From: Candidatus Saccharimonadales bacterium
Lineage (GTDB): Bacteria > Patescibacteriota > Saccharimonadia > Saccharimonadales > JAYRRP01
Assembly (NCBI GenBank): GCA_041906765.1
Contig: JAYRIP010000004.1
Span: forward strand, 68,223 to 132,222
Reading direction: 5' to 3'
DNA: 64,000 nt
Part shown: piece by piece, positions 38,883 to 48,360 of the stretch
Position numbering within the stretch: position 1 is the first letter of the stretch
Layout of the letters: each line of letters starts with the position of its first letter
The notes under the pieces: model-generated
The model's database searches: none
The model's input: the letters and a program-made list of their open reading frames with translations, nothing else
Told to the model about the DNA's origin: nothing
Translations under genes and position numbers: made by a program

Positions 38883-40694
38883 ATGAACCGCAAGGCTAGG
38901 ATTATTGTGTGGTTGTTTGGATTGTGTAGTTTGCTCGGACTTATGGCTCCTCTGAGAGCAAACGCACAAACACAGAATTTCACCATCCAATCCTTTGAGG
39001 CGGACTACTATATTTCTGCCAGCAATAACAAAACGAGTCAGTTACGCGTCGAGGAGACCATCCTGGCACAATTTCCAGAATATGATCAAAATCATGGCAT
39101 TCTACGGGCAGTGCCCAAATCCTACCAAGGGCACACCGTAAGTTTGAATGTGGAGAAGGTAACAAACGAGCGAGGTGAGAATTACCCTTTTAGCACCTCC
39201 ACACAGAAGGGGAACTTAGTATTAAAAATCGGTGAACAGAACAAATATGTACACGGGCTCACTACCTATAAGGTACGTTACTCATTGCGAAACGTTATTA
39301 ATTTCCAGCAGGGCGGTGATGAATTCTATTGGGATGTCAACGGGGATGAATGGCAGCAAACTGTGCAGGCGGCTACCGCCCGTTTCCATGTGCCTACAGG
39401 GCTAGGGGAAAGGTTCCAAGCCAAGCAGCGCTGCTTGAGCGGAAGTTATGGAAGTCAAAGTTCAAACTGCACCATTAGCCGCACCAGTAACCAGCAAGGT
39501 GAACAGCTTGTCACTGTCCAGGCCACCAATCTCCAGCCGCATCAAACCCTTACGTTTGTTACCTCCTTCGATAAGGGAACATTTACCCAGGGTCCAGAAA
39601 TATCCCAGGAGCGTCGTTGGCGCACTATCAAGCAAATCCTGTCCGCCGGGGCAATTATTATACCCCCTCTAGCCATTGGTATTATTATGCACCGTCGCTG
39701 GCGTGCGTATGGTGACGATCCGTCTGGACGTGGGGTAATTATCCCACAGTACCAACCCCCTAAGGAACTTAACGTATTAAGCAGTGGTTTTATTCTCAAC
39801 GAAAGTATCAACAGTCACACTATGTCTGCATTGATTATTGAGCTTGCCGTAAAACGCTACATCACTATATACGAGACCGAGCAAAAGCAATTTCTCCGCA
39901 ATAAAAAGTCCTATGAACTTGGGCTGGAGGCAGATCCAAAAGCCCTTAGTGGCGCCCAGCTTGATCTCGTATACGCACTTTTTGGCATAGCGGCAGGCAA
40001 GGGGGCAAGAGTAAGGCTCTCAGACCTTAAGAACAAATTGTATAAAGAAGTAACTTCGACTGATAATAAACTCGCTGAGGAGTTATCAAATCAGGGCTAT
40101 TTTCGCACAAATCCAAAGAAGGTTGGCGCGAAGTACTTCATAGCCGGTCTTGGGCTCACTATTGTCGGCATTGCATTAACAGGAGCTTTTTCAAGAATAA
40201 TCTGGCCAGTCGGTATTGGTGTTTTGCTAAGTGGTATCGTAGCTTTTATTTTCAGTCGTATCATGCCTGCCCGCAGTGAAAAAGGCGTTACCACCAAAGA
40301 GTATCTCCTTGGACTAAGGGACTACATGAAGCTGGCCGAGGCAGACCGGATAAAATTTCTGCAGAGCTTAAAGGGTGCCGAACGACTGCAAGCTGACCCT
40401 CAGGACAAACTAGCCAAGATTAAACTATTTGAATCACTCTTACCATACGCTGTGCTCTTTGGCATAGAAAAAAGCTGGGCAAAACAGTTTGAAAATCTTT
40501 ATACGCAACCGCCACAGTGGTATCAGGGCAACTTCGCCACGTTCCAGATGTCCAACCTAACCTCCTCAATAGGTGGTATGACACAAGCTTCCTCCGTTGC
40601 TTTTAGTGCCCCTAGCAGTTCCAGCGGTAGTGGTTTTGGTGGAGGCGGGTTTGCTGGCGGGGGAGGCGGAGGTGGTGGCGGGGGAGGCTGGTAA
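38883..40694 (+). CDS. DUF2207-domain membrane protein
   Basis: HGILR, FYWDVNG..W, LLPYAVLFG...WA, Gly-rich tail GGGGGGGW; start MNRKAR. Confidence 0.9.
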   Translation: MNRKARIIVWLFGLCSLLGLMAPLRANAQTQNFTIQSFEADYYISASNNKTSQLRVEETILAQFPEYDQNHGILRAVPKSYQGHTVSLNVEKVTNERGENYPFSTSTQKGNLVLKIGEQNKYVHGLTTYKVRYSLRNVINFQQGGDEFYWDVNGDEWQQTVQAATARFHVPTGLGERFQAKQRCLSGSYGSQSSNCTISRTSNQQGEQLVTVQATNLQPHQTLTFVTSFDKGTFTQGPEISQERRWRTIKQILSAGAIIIPPLAIGIIMHRRWRAYGDDPSGRGVIIPQYQPPKELNVLSSGFILNESINSHTMSALIIELAVKRYITIYETEQKQFLRNKKSYELGLEADPKALSGAQLDLVYALFGIAAGKGARVRLSDLKNKLYKEVTSTDNKLAEELSNQGYFRTNPKKVGAKYFIAGLGLTIVGIALTGAFSRIIWPVGIGVLLSGIVAFIFSRIMPARSEKGVTTKEYLLGLRDYMKLAEADRIKFLQSLKGAERLQADPQDKLAKIKLFESLLPYAVLFGIEKSWAKQFENLYTQPPQWYQGNFATFQMSNLTSSIGGMTQASSVAFSAPSSSSGSGFGGGGFAGGGGGGGGGGGW

Positions 40695-40709
40695 CACAGT
40701 ACTATCACC

Positions 40710-41957
40710 ATGTCCAGCCGCCCAAGCAAAAGCCAAGCTATATCTAGTAAATCGCCAAATTCTTTTCATTTTAAAATCAGCCGTCGTATAGACGATGGTG
40801 CGGGCAGAGCAGGGGTTATTACGACTCCGCACGGGAGGATTCACACGCCTGCCTTCGTTGTAGTAGGGACAAAAGCTAGCGTAAAAGCAATGTCACCCGA
40901 ACAAGTTGCCGCTTGTGGGGCACAAGCAGTGCTTGCCAACGCCTATCACCTTTATTTGCAACCAGGCCATAAACTGGTCGAAGCAGCGGGTGGTTTGGGA
41001 GCGTTCATGAACTGGCCTGGGCCGACATTTAGTGACTCAGGCGGTTTTCAAGTGATGTCGCTAGGCATTGGCTTCAAGAAAATCCTTTCTATGCAGAGTC
41101 GCGAACACGAGCCCGAAGACACCATGGCATCAAAGAAGGAACGCCTCGCTCACATTGATGAGCAAGGAGTAACATTTATATCCCATCTTGACGGTAGTAG
41201 GCATCGTTTCACTCCGGAACAGTCCATGCGCATCCAGTATGCTATTGGCGCCGATATTATATTTGCTTTTGATGAATGTACTGCCTTACATAATAGCTAT
41301 GCCTATCAACGTGAAGCACTAGTGAGGACTCATGCCTGGGCAAAGCAATGCCTGCAGGCACATCACTCCTTAAAAGCCGCTCACCCCGAGCGGCCATACC
41401 AGGCGCTTTTCGGCGTGCTGCAAGGCGCACAATACGAAGACCTGAGACGTGAAGCCGGCAAGTTTATGGGCGCACTCCCATTCGACGGCTTTGGCATCGG
41501 CGGCGCCTTTGAAAAAGCAGACTTGGGTAAAATTTTGTCCTGGGTGCACGATGAGCTGCCAAAGGACAAGCCGAAGCATCTACTTGGCATTAGCGAACCT
41601 GACGATATTTTTGCTGCCATTGAACAAGGCATTGACACCTTTGATTGCGTATCGCCTACCAGAGTAGGACGCAATGGCGCCTTGTACACGCCTTCAGGGC
41701 GTATCAATATTCTTAATCAGCGATTTACGCGCGATTTTTCGCCTATATACGATACATGCGACTGTTACACTTGTCAGCATTACACAAAAGCTTACCTACG
41801 ACATTTATTCAAAGCCAATGAGTTATTCGCTTTTACTCTTGCTTCAATCCATAACGAAAGATTCATTATCCGGCTGGTTGACGAGATCCGTCATAGCATC
41901 CTGCAAGGCTCGTTTTTCTCATTCAGAGATAACTGGCTACAACGCTACTACGGTTAG
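40710..41957 (+). CDS. tgt: tRNA-guanine transglycosylase
   Basis: TPHG...TPAF, NAYHL, DSGGFQ, FDEC, DTFDCV.PTR, CDCYTC..H zinc site. Confidence 0.96.
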   Translation: MSSRPSKSQAISSKSPNSFHFKISRRIDDGAGRAGVITTPHGRIHTPAFVVVGTKASVKAMSPEQVAACGAQAVLANAYHLYLQPGHKLVEAAGGLGAFMNWPGPTFSDSGGFQVMSLGIGFKKILSMQSREHEPEDTMASKKERLAHIDEQGVTFISHLDGSRHRFTPEQSMRIQYAIGADIIFAFDECTALHNSYAYQREALVRTHAWAKQCLQAHHSLKAAHPERPYQALFGVLQGAQYEDLRREAGKFMGALPFDGFGIGGAFEKADLGKILSWVHDELPKDKPKHLLGISEPDDIFAAIEQGIDTFDCVSPTRVGRNGALYTPSGRINILNQRFTRDFSPIYDTCDCYTCQHYTKAYLRHLFKANELFAFTLASIHNERFIIRLVDEIRHSILQGSFFSFRDNWLQRYYG

Positions 41958-41962
41958 CCAAA

Positions 41963-42667
41963 TCAGTTCTCGGTATCGATAGCAAAGGGCGTGAAATCGA
42001 TTTTTTTGTCATAGGCGTCACGATGTTCACTGCGCTTCAAAAACCCGATGACACGATATGTCACCGGCAGCATAACAACCTCAACAGTAGTCTTAAAACC
42101 CCAGCCAACAAGAATGAAATTCACCATGCTAGAAGGTGAAAGAATACCACCAAATGCAACCAGCCCAAAGATTACCGTGTCGAGCCCTTCACCAACCACT
42201 GTTGAGCCAATTAACCGCAACCACATTTTTTCACCGCCGTAACGCACTTTTAGTTTGGCTAGAACAAAAGAGTTCATAAACTCGCCAACCAAATATGCCA
42301 AAAGGCTTGCTAGGACGATGCGAGGGAAAAAGCCAAGGATGTCTACATAAGCCTGTTGGCCTTGCCATTCAGGACTGGGTGGCAAAAAGCGAACGATAGT
42401 AAAAGCAACTACTGCCAGCAGCATAATACCAAAGCCGGTCCAGATAGCTCGCCTGGCATAGGCATAACCATAAACTCCAGTTAAGATATCGCCAAAAATA
42501 TAGGCTAGGGGGAAAAGAATAGCCCCACCGTCAGTAATGATGGGGCCAATAGTTATTAACTTCACTGCAGCAATATTCGATATTAACAATACGGCCGCAA
42601 ATAAGGCCAAAATCAGGTCATAATACTTGAGCGAATGGCTAGAGGAGGAGAGAGACACTTTTTTCAT
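41963..42667 (-). CDS. Queuosine precursor transporter (YhhQ/Vut_1)
   Basis: SNIAAVK, FPLAYIFGDI...YG...ARR, RIVLASLLAYLVG, STVVGEGLDT; adjacent to tgt. Confidence 0.92.
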   Translation of the reverse strand: MKKVSLSSSSHSLKYYDLILALFAAVLLISNIAAVKLITIGPIITDGGAILFPLAYIFGDILTGVYGYAYARRAIWTGFGIMLLAVVAFTIVRFLPPSPEWQGQQAYVDILGFFPRIVLASLLAYLVGEFMNSFVLAKLKVRYGGEKMWLRLIGSTVVGEGLDTVIFGLVAFGGILSPSSMVNFILVGWGFKTTVEVVMLPVTYRVIGFLKRSEHRDAYDKKIDFTPFAIDTEN

Positions 42668-42710
42668 GGATATGATTTAACCATGAGGTAAGCCTTCTCG
42701 CAAAATTCTT

Positions 42711-42754
42711 AAAATAAAAGAGCCTCTAGAGGGGGTGGGCACCGCTAGAGGCTC
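42711..42754 (-). terminator. Intrinsic terminator
   Basis: 10-bp stem GAGCCTCTAG/CTAGAGGCTC followed by TTTTATTTT on the minus strand. Confidence 0.8.
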
Positions 42755-43095
42755 ATTATACCCTTCAACCCACCCCAGCAAAGCATCGAAACCCAAAACT
42801 CCTTAAAGGTTCGTGCCGCCCTTGAAATCAAGAGCATACTGACGTACTCGCTTTGAAACGGGGTACTGAGGATAGTCCTAAAAGGTCTACCTCAGTAAAG
42901 TTAAAGGGATTAGTCTGCTTTAGAGCGCTGCAGACAAACTGCAGGCCAATAGAGAAGTGGAGGGTAACAACTTAGCTTTTGGACACGCTCTAAAACAATC
43001 TAACTAGATATCCGCTAATTACGGATATTAGTAATTGGGGGTATAAGGTGCATAAAGACATGAATAGTAAAATAATTACTTTATCATGCTTACGG
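42711..43095 (-). ncRNA. Candidate structured non-coding RNA (~380 nt), unidentified family
   Basis: Consensus promoter, terminator and multiple nested helices; no ORF of 60 aa or more. Confidence 0.5.
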
Positions 43096-43101
43096 ATTGC
43101 G

Positions 43102-43130
43102 ATTTTAGCAAAATAGTGTCATTATGTCAA
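43102..43130 (-). promoter_or_regulatory. sigma70 promoter
   Basis: TTGACA-17 bp-TAAAAT with extended -10 TG. Confidence 0.75.
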
Positions 43131-43149
43131 TACTAAAGTATTTATTTGT

Positions 43150-44010
43150 ATGGAAATCAAAAAGCTTACACTTCATGATCCAGCCTACCCGTCATTGCTG
43201 CGTGAAATCAGTGATCCGCCCAAAGAGCTATTTTATTTAACAAAAGCTGATCAGCTTGTGGCAACCAAAACCACTATCGCTATCGTTGGTAGTCGCAAAC
43301 CCAGTAATTACGGACGTCAGATCACTGCCCAGATATCAAGTCGACTTGCCGAGGCGGGAGTACATATAGTGAGCGGTCTTGCATTAGGGGTAGACGCACT
43401 TGCACATCAGGCAGCCGTAGAAGCAAATAGTCCAACTATTGCCGTCTTGCCATGTGGACTGGATCGTATTTATCCTGTTACACATCGGGGATTGGCTAGG
43501 CGTATTCTTGAAACGGGCGGCATGCTGGTAAGTGAGTATCCTGCCGGGTATGTGCCTTTCAAGCACAGCTTTATCGCCCGCAACAGAATCGTCTCCGGTC
43601 TGAGCCAGGGTGTAATTATTACTGAAGCGGCCGAAAAAAGTGGCAGTCTCCACACCGCTAGATTTGCCCTGGAACAGGGACGGGAAGTATTCGCGATACC
43701 CGGCAATATTACCAGCCCTAATTCAGCTGGAACTAATAACCTTATTAAGGCTGGAGCAATCCCCGTAACCCGTCATGAAGATATTCTATCCAGTTTTGCA
43801 ATTAGTATGCCGTCTCTTAGTGAGCGACCCGCGGCGGCCAATAAAGAAGAGGAACTTATTTTGACCCAGTTAGCCGAAGGCGTACAAGACAGCGACATGC
43901 TTCTTAAAGCGACGGCGCTCACGCCCGACACATTTAACCGCACCCTCACCATGCTCGAACTAAGCGGCAAGATAAAGGCCCTGGGCGGTGGCCAGTGGCG
44001 CCTTGGTTAA
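43150..44010 (+). CDS. dprA: DNA-processing protein DprA
   Basis: YP.LL.EI.DPP, AIVGSR, VSGLALGVD, RNRIVSG, EAAEKSGSL. Confidence 0.96.
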   Translation: MEIKKLTLHDPAYPSLLREISDPPKELFYLTKADQLVATKTTIAIVGSRKPSNYGRQITAQISSRLAEAGVHIVSGLALGVDALAHQAAVEANSPTIAVLPCGLDRIYPVTHRGLARRILETGGMLVSEYPAGYVPFKHSFIARNRIVSGLSQGVIITEAAEKSGSLHTARFALEQGREVFAIPGNITSPNSAGTNNLIKAGAIPVTRHEDILSSFAISMPSLSERPAAANKEEELILTQLAEGVQDSDMLLKATALTPDTFNRTLTMLELSGKIKALGGGQWRLG

Positions 44011-44054
44011 TGACACAAACTTAGAAAATGCGGGTGTAGTATACTGGTGCCTGC

Positions 44055-46352
44055 ATGAACAAACACCTCGTCATCGTGGAATCACCAGCTAAGGCAAAAA
44101 CAATCGAGAAATACCTCGGTAAAGATTACCAGGTCAAGAGCAGTTTCGGCCATATCCGTGATCTCCCTAAAAAGGGTATGAGCATAGATACGACCAATAA
44201 TTTTAAGCCAACTTACGAGATAAGTAATGACAAGAAAAAAGTGGTTGCCGATCTCAAAAAGGCAGCCAAGTCCGCCCAAGAAGTGTGGTTGGCTAGTGAC
44301 GAAGACCGGGAAGGGGAGGCGATTGCCTGGCATCTTACCCAAGCCCTCAAACTTGATCCGGAGCACACGAAACGCATCGTCTTTCATGAAATTACAAAAC
44401 CAGCCATAGAACACGCAATCAAAAACCCGCGTACCATTGATCGTAATCTTGTCGATGCTCAACAGGCACGTCGGGTCCTGGACCGACTGGTTGGCTATGA
44501 ATTATCGCCAGTACTATGGAAAAAAGTACGTACCGGTCTTAGTGCCGGCCGAGTGCAATCAGTCGCCGTGCGCCTAATTGTAGAGCGTGAACGGGAAATC
44601 AAGCAATTTGAGCCAGTCTCAAGTTACAAGATAACAGCTACGTTTCTAGCTGGAAAAGAACCATTCCAGGCAGAATTGGACAAAAAGTTTACCTCAGAAA
44701 AAGAAGCTGAGAAGTTTTTAGAAGCGAACATTGACGAATCATATATCATCATAGAATTAACCCAAAAACCGTCTGTCCGTAATCCAGGCCCTCCTTTTAC
44801 TACCAGCAGTCTCCAGCAAGAGGCAGCACGGCGTTTAGGTTTTAGCGTCAAGCAAACTATGACACTGGCACAGCGCCTGTACGAAAACGGGCACATTACT
44901 TACATGCGGACAGACAGCACTACTTTATCCACCCAAGCCATTGCGGCAGCCACCACGTACATCACACAAAAGTTTGGAGCAAAGTACCACTATCAGCGGC
45001 AATATAAGACAAAAAACGCCTCAGCCCAAGAAGCGCACGAGGCCATCCGACCGACAGATTTCTCGGCAACAGAGGCAGGCGCTGATAATGCGCAGCAAAA
45101 GCTTTACCGCTTAATATGGCAACGGGCCACTGCCAGCCAGATGGCAGCTGCTGAACTGATGCGTACCGAAGTAACTATAGGGCTAGCGAAACACACCGAA
45201 CGTTTCATTGCCAAAGGTGAACAGTTGACATTCGATGGATATTACAAAGTGTACGGCAACGCCAAACCCGATACGCTCCTGCCGCCCATGAAGCAGGATG
45301 ATCGTTTATCACTTGAGGGTATGCAGGCTACCCAGGTATATTCCCGCTCTCCGGCCCGGTATTCAGAAGCCAGTCTGGTAAAAAAACTTGAGGAACTCGG
45401 CATTGGTCGCCCCAGCACCTATGCACCAACCATTAGCACAATTCAAACACGAGGGTATATTGAGAAACGTGATCTAGAGGGTGCACCACGAGACCTTATT
45501 GTATTGACATTGAAAAATAGCCATGTCTCTTGCCAAACCACTACTGAAACAGTTGGTGCAGACCGCAACAAACTGCTGCCCACCCACCTAGCAGAAATGA
45601 CAACAGACTTCCTCCTAAAGTATTTCTCAGAAATCGTGGACTATGACTTTACTGCGAATGCTGAAGCAAGTTTTGACAATATCGCTGACGGCCAAGAGAA
45701 GTGGGAAAAAATGATCCATGAGTTCTATGCCCGTTTTCACCCACTTGTGGAGAAATCCGAAAAGGTTAGCCGACAAGAAACATCCCAAGCACGACTACTG
45801 GGTAGCGATCCAAAGACCAAACGTCCCGTATATGCGCGTTATGGCCGTTATGGCGCAATGCTGCAGCTCGGCGAGGCCGGTGATGATAAAGAAAAGCCCC
45901 AATTTGCTCCGCTGCCTACTGATAAGACGATAGAAGATGTGACACTCGAGCAAGCTATGACCATGTTTAGCTTGCCGCGTAAAGTAGGAAAGACAGCTGA
46001 AGGGCGTGAAATTCTGGCGAACATTGGTCGATTTGGACCATATATACAAGTCGACAAAATATTTGTTTCCATTAAACCACGTGACCCCTTTACGATAACC
46101 GAAGAAGAAGCCCGTCGACTCTATGAAGAGAAAAAGTCACAGTTGGCATCAAAACATATTAAGGAATTTCCTCTCGGTCTAAAGGTGTTAAACGGACCTT
46201 ACGGACCTTACGTCACTAATGGGCGCAAAAACGCCCGTATCCCGAAAGATAAAGATCCGGCTGCTCTCTCAGAAAAGGAGGCCCTTAAGTTACTGCAAAC
46301 AGCGCCCGCAAAGCGTGCATCAGTACGCGCCACTACCCGGAAGAAAAAATAA
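44055..46352 (+). CDS. topA: DNA topoisomerase I (Topo_C repeat C-terminus)
   Basis: IVESPAKAK, DEDREGE, SAGRVQS, ITYMRTD, GIGRPSTY, GRYG/GRFGPY repeats. Confidence 0.97.
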   Translation: MNKHLVIVESPAKAKTIEKYLGKDYQVKSSFGHIRDLPKKGMSIDTTNNFKPTYEISNDKKKVVADLKKAAKSAQEVWLASDEDREGEAIAWHLTQALKLDPEHTKRIVFHEITKPAIEHAIKNPRTIDRNLVDAQQARRVLDRLVGYELSPVLWKKVRTGLSAGRVQSVAVRLIVEREREIKQFEPVSSYKITATFLAGKEPFQAELDKKFTSEKEAEKFLEANIDESYIIIELTQKPSVRNPGPPFTTSSLQQEAARRLGFSVKQTMTLAQRLYENGHITYMRTDSTTLSTQAIAAATTYITQKFGAKYHYQRQYKTKNASAQEAHEAIRPTDFSATEAGADNAQQKLYRLIWQRATASQMAAAELMRTEVTIGLAKHTERFIAKGEQLTFDGYYKVYGNAKPDTLLPPMKQDDRLSLEGMQATQVYSRSPARYSEASLVKKLEELGIGRPSTYAPTISTIQTRGYIEKRDLEGAPRDLIVLTLKNSHVSCQTTTETVGADRNKLLPTHLAEMTTDFLLKYFSEIVDYDFTANAEASFDNIADGQEKWEKMIHEFYARFHPLVEKSEKVSRQETSQARLLGSDPKTKRPVYARYGRYGAMLQLGEAGDDKEKPQFAPLPTDKTIEDVTLEQAMTMFSLPRKVGKTAEGREILANIGRFGPYIQVDKIFVSIKPRDPFTITEEEARRLYEEKKSQLASKHIKEFPLGLKVLNGPYGPYVTNGRKNARIPKDKDPAALSEKEALKLLQTAPAKRASVRATTRKKK

Positions 46353-46513
46353 CGCGGCAGTTATCTGCCTGAAAAATAAGTAGACCAGTCCGAACATAAT
46401 TACTTATCCACAAATTTGTATCTTGCACGAGCTTATCCTGCAGTAATATTGACATATACTTATTATGCTAAAAATGCGACTTAATGCTACAATAAGTACA
46501 TAAAAACCTAAGT

Positions 46514-46542
46514 TTGACAATACTAAACTATAGTTTTATAAT
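46514..46542 (+). promoter_or_regulatory. Perfect sigma70 promoter with palindromic spacer
   Basis: TTGACA-17-TATAAT; AAACTATAGTTT palindrome at 46525-46536; DnaA-box TTATCCACA at 46404. Confidence 0.8.
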
Positions 46543-46575
46543 TAAACTACATAAACGTGTAATGAAGGTTACTTT

Positions 46576-47610
46576 ATGAGCAATAAACAGGTGTCTACCT
46601 CAGTTATCGAAAAAAGAATCGAAGATATTCTTGATACCATTGGCCGCGATCGCGAAAGAGAAATTATTTCACGCCGGTTTGGTCTATTTGATCGCAAAGA
46701 AACCCTGGAACAAATTGGTGAACTGCTGGGTATTACACGTGAACGCGTCAGACAATTAGAAAAGGCAGTGGTTGCCAGACTCAAGGCTGCTGCCGATGAA
46801 GATTTACCGCATATCAAAATTGTCGAAAGGGAACTAAAAGAAATTCTTTCAAGTATTGGGAAAGTAGCTCGGGTGCAAGACTTAAGCACAGTAATGACCG
46901 GTTCGCAGGAGCGACTCGACCAATCCCGTATCTTATTTTTAGCTACATTATGTCCAAACCTAGTAGTAATCGATGATAATGATAATTATTACCATGCGGT
47001 AGGCATTAATAGCACACAAAACGAGAAGACAATCCGTGATGAAGTCCAAAAGATTATTGACACCATCAAACAGATTGGCGAACCAGTCTCGATTGAAAAA
47101 TTATCCGAAGCCGTTAAAAAGACTGACATTGCACACGTCAAAGCCCTGGCAAGCATTTCCAAACAAGTTGCCAATCTCAACGATCGCTGGGGGCTCATCA
47201 AATGGCCGATGGTGAACCCTAAGAATATTCGCGACAAGATCTACGTAACCTTGCACGACCATGGCAAGCCAATGCACTTCAATGAAATTGCCAGAGCAAT
47301 TAAAAGCTCTAACTTTAAACGCAAAGACGTCACTACTCAGGCAATCCACAACGAATTAATCAAAGATAATCGGTTCGTATTGATAGGGCGGGGTATTTAC
47401 GCCTTAAAAGAGTGGGGATTTGAACGAGGCACAGTAGCTGACATTATCGCCGAAGTTCTCAAAAAGGCAAATGAGCCATTGCATCGCGATGAGATTGTAA
47501 AACGCGTACTGAAAAGCCGACAGGTCAAAGAAACGACGATTCTGCTTAACTTACAAGGCAAACCTCAATTTAAGCGCGTCGCCAAAGCAACTTACGCTTT
47601 AGCCAGCTAA
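46576..47610 (+). CDS. Sigma70 region-4 plus HARE-HTH (RNAP delta-like) winged-helix protein
   Basis: REIISRRFGL..ETLEQIG..LGITRERVRQLE; KPMHFNEI..TTQAIHNELI..RFVLIGRGIYALKEW. Confidence 0.85.
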   Translation: MSNKQVSTSVIEKRIEDILDTIGRDREREIISRRFGLFDRKETLEQIGELLGITRERVRQLEKAVVARLKAAADEDLPHIKIVERELKEILSSIGKVARVQDLSTVMTGSQERLDQSRILFLATLCPNLVVIDDNDNYYHAVGINSTQNEKTIRDEVQKIIDTIKQIGEPVSIEKLSEAVKKTDIAHVKALASISKQVANLNDRWGLIKWPMVNPKNIRDKIYVTLHDHGKPMHFNEIARAIKSSNFKRKDVTTQAIHNELIKDNRFVLIGRGIYALKEWGFERGTVADIIAEVLKKANEPLHRDEIVKRVLKSRQVKETTILLNLQGKPQFKRVAKATYALAS

Positions 47611-47843
47611 GCGGCTTAAAACTTTCATCTTACGAACATACTTGCCACTTTAGCTAAATATGTACATTTTACGAACATTGAAGCAAAGGTATTAATGGTG
47701 GGTTACAAGCTAGACTAGAAATCTATAAATTGTTTGTAGGCAACAAGGAAGAGAGCATGGAAGCTTAAAAAAACCTCGTGGCTTAAAAGCAACTAGGCAG
47801 AAGTGCGGGGTGGAAAAAGGCCGAAAGAAAGATCTGTGATGAA

Positions 47844-47871
47844 ACGTCGCACAATGTATATTTTGCGACTC
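47844..47871. other. dif-like 28-bp recombination site (palindromic arms)
   Basis: ACGTCGCACAA-TGTATA-TTTTGCGACTC (11-6-11) in a 750-bp gap between convergent gene blocks. Confidence 0.45.
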
Positions 47872-48360
47872 TATAATTGGTTATGGTTTTATAGTCACAT
47901 ACCTTCTATAACGGGGGAGCAGCTGAGTCATTATCAATTTATTAGCTATTCTCGTTTTTACTTACGTGATTTTTATACTGCCATTACGGCTTTATTCATG
48001 GCTCCCGGACGATTAAGTTAGTATCACCTAAATACACCTTAGTTTTCCACAACGACTATTTGCATTATTAGTTTTTTGTTAGATTTATTACTTTTTTTCC
48101 TCACTGCCCTTTATCCCCCTTTTCCCTATATTTGACTTTGTACTATTAATATTTGTAAATATAGTTTTTCCTGCAAGTCAGCTATTGTGAATAATATGAA
48201 CAAATTACGAACTACTAGGGGAGAGTGGTGTACTCACAGGTTACTTGGGAAAACGCAGATGCGTATCCCCCACACGAATTGTATTTATTGTGCTGTACAG
48301 AGTTCTCCTTGTATATATTGCCGTACAGCTCTTTCCCCTCTTTTAGGGTCGGCAAAAAGT

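Noticed and set aside
40625-40691. GGN triplet repeat
   Set aside because: Ordinary Gly-rich C-terminus of DUF2207 proteins; likewise the poly-Pro codon runs at 14978-15010 and 15300-15325 are linkers
42806-42836. AAGG-TTCG..-CCTT resembling a preQ1-I riboswitch near yhhQ
   Set aside because: Wrong strand for yhhQ and lacks the A-rich tail
42844-42980. GAGGATAGTCC preceded by a hairpin resembles the RNase P RNA CR-I motif GAGGAAAGUCC
   Set aside because: The motif is sequestered in a strong local hairpin, no matching P4 3' strand or CR-II to CR-V motifs are visible, and the promoter and terminator are on the opposite strand
46404-48195. DnaA-box-like words (46404, 48043, 48187) suggesting oriC
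   Set aside because: Few and dispersed, no dnaA/dnaN nearby, and genes converge rather than diverge here
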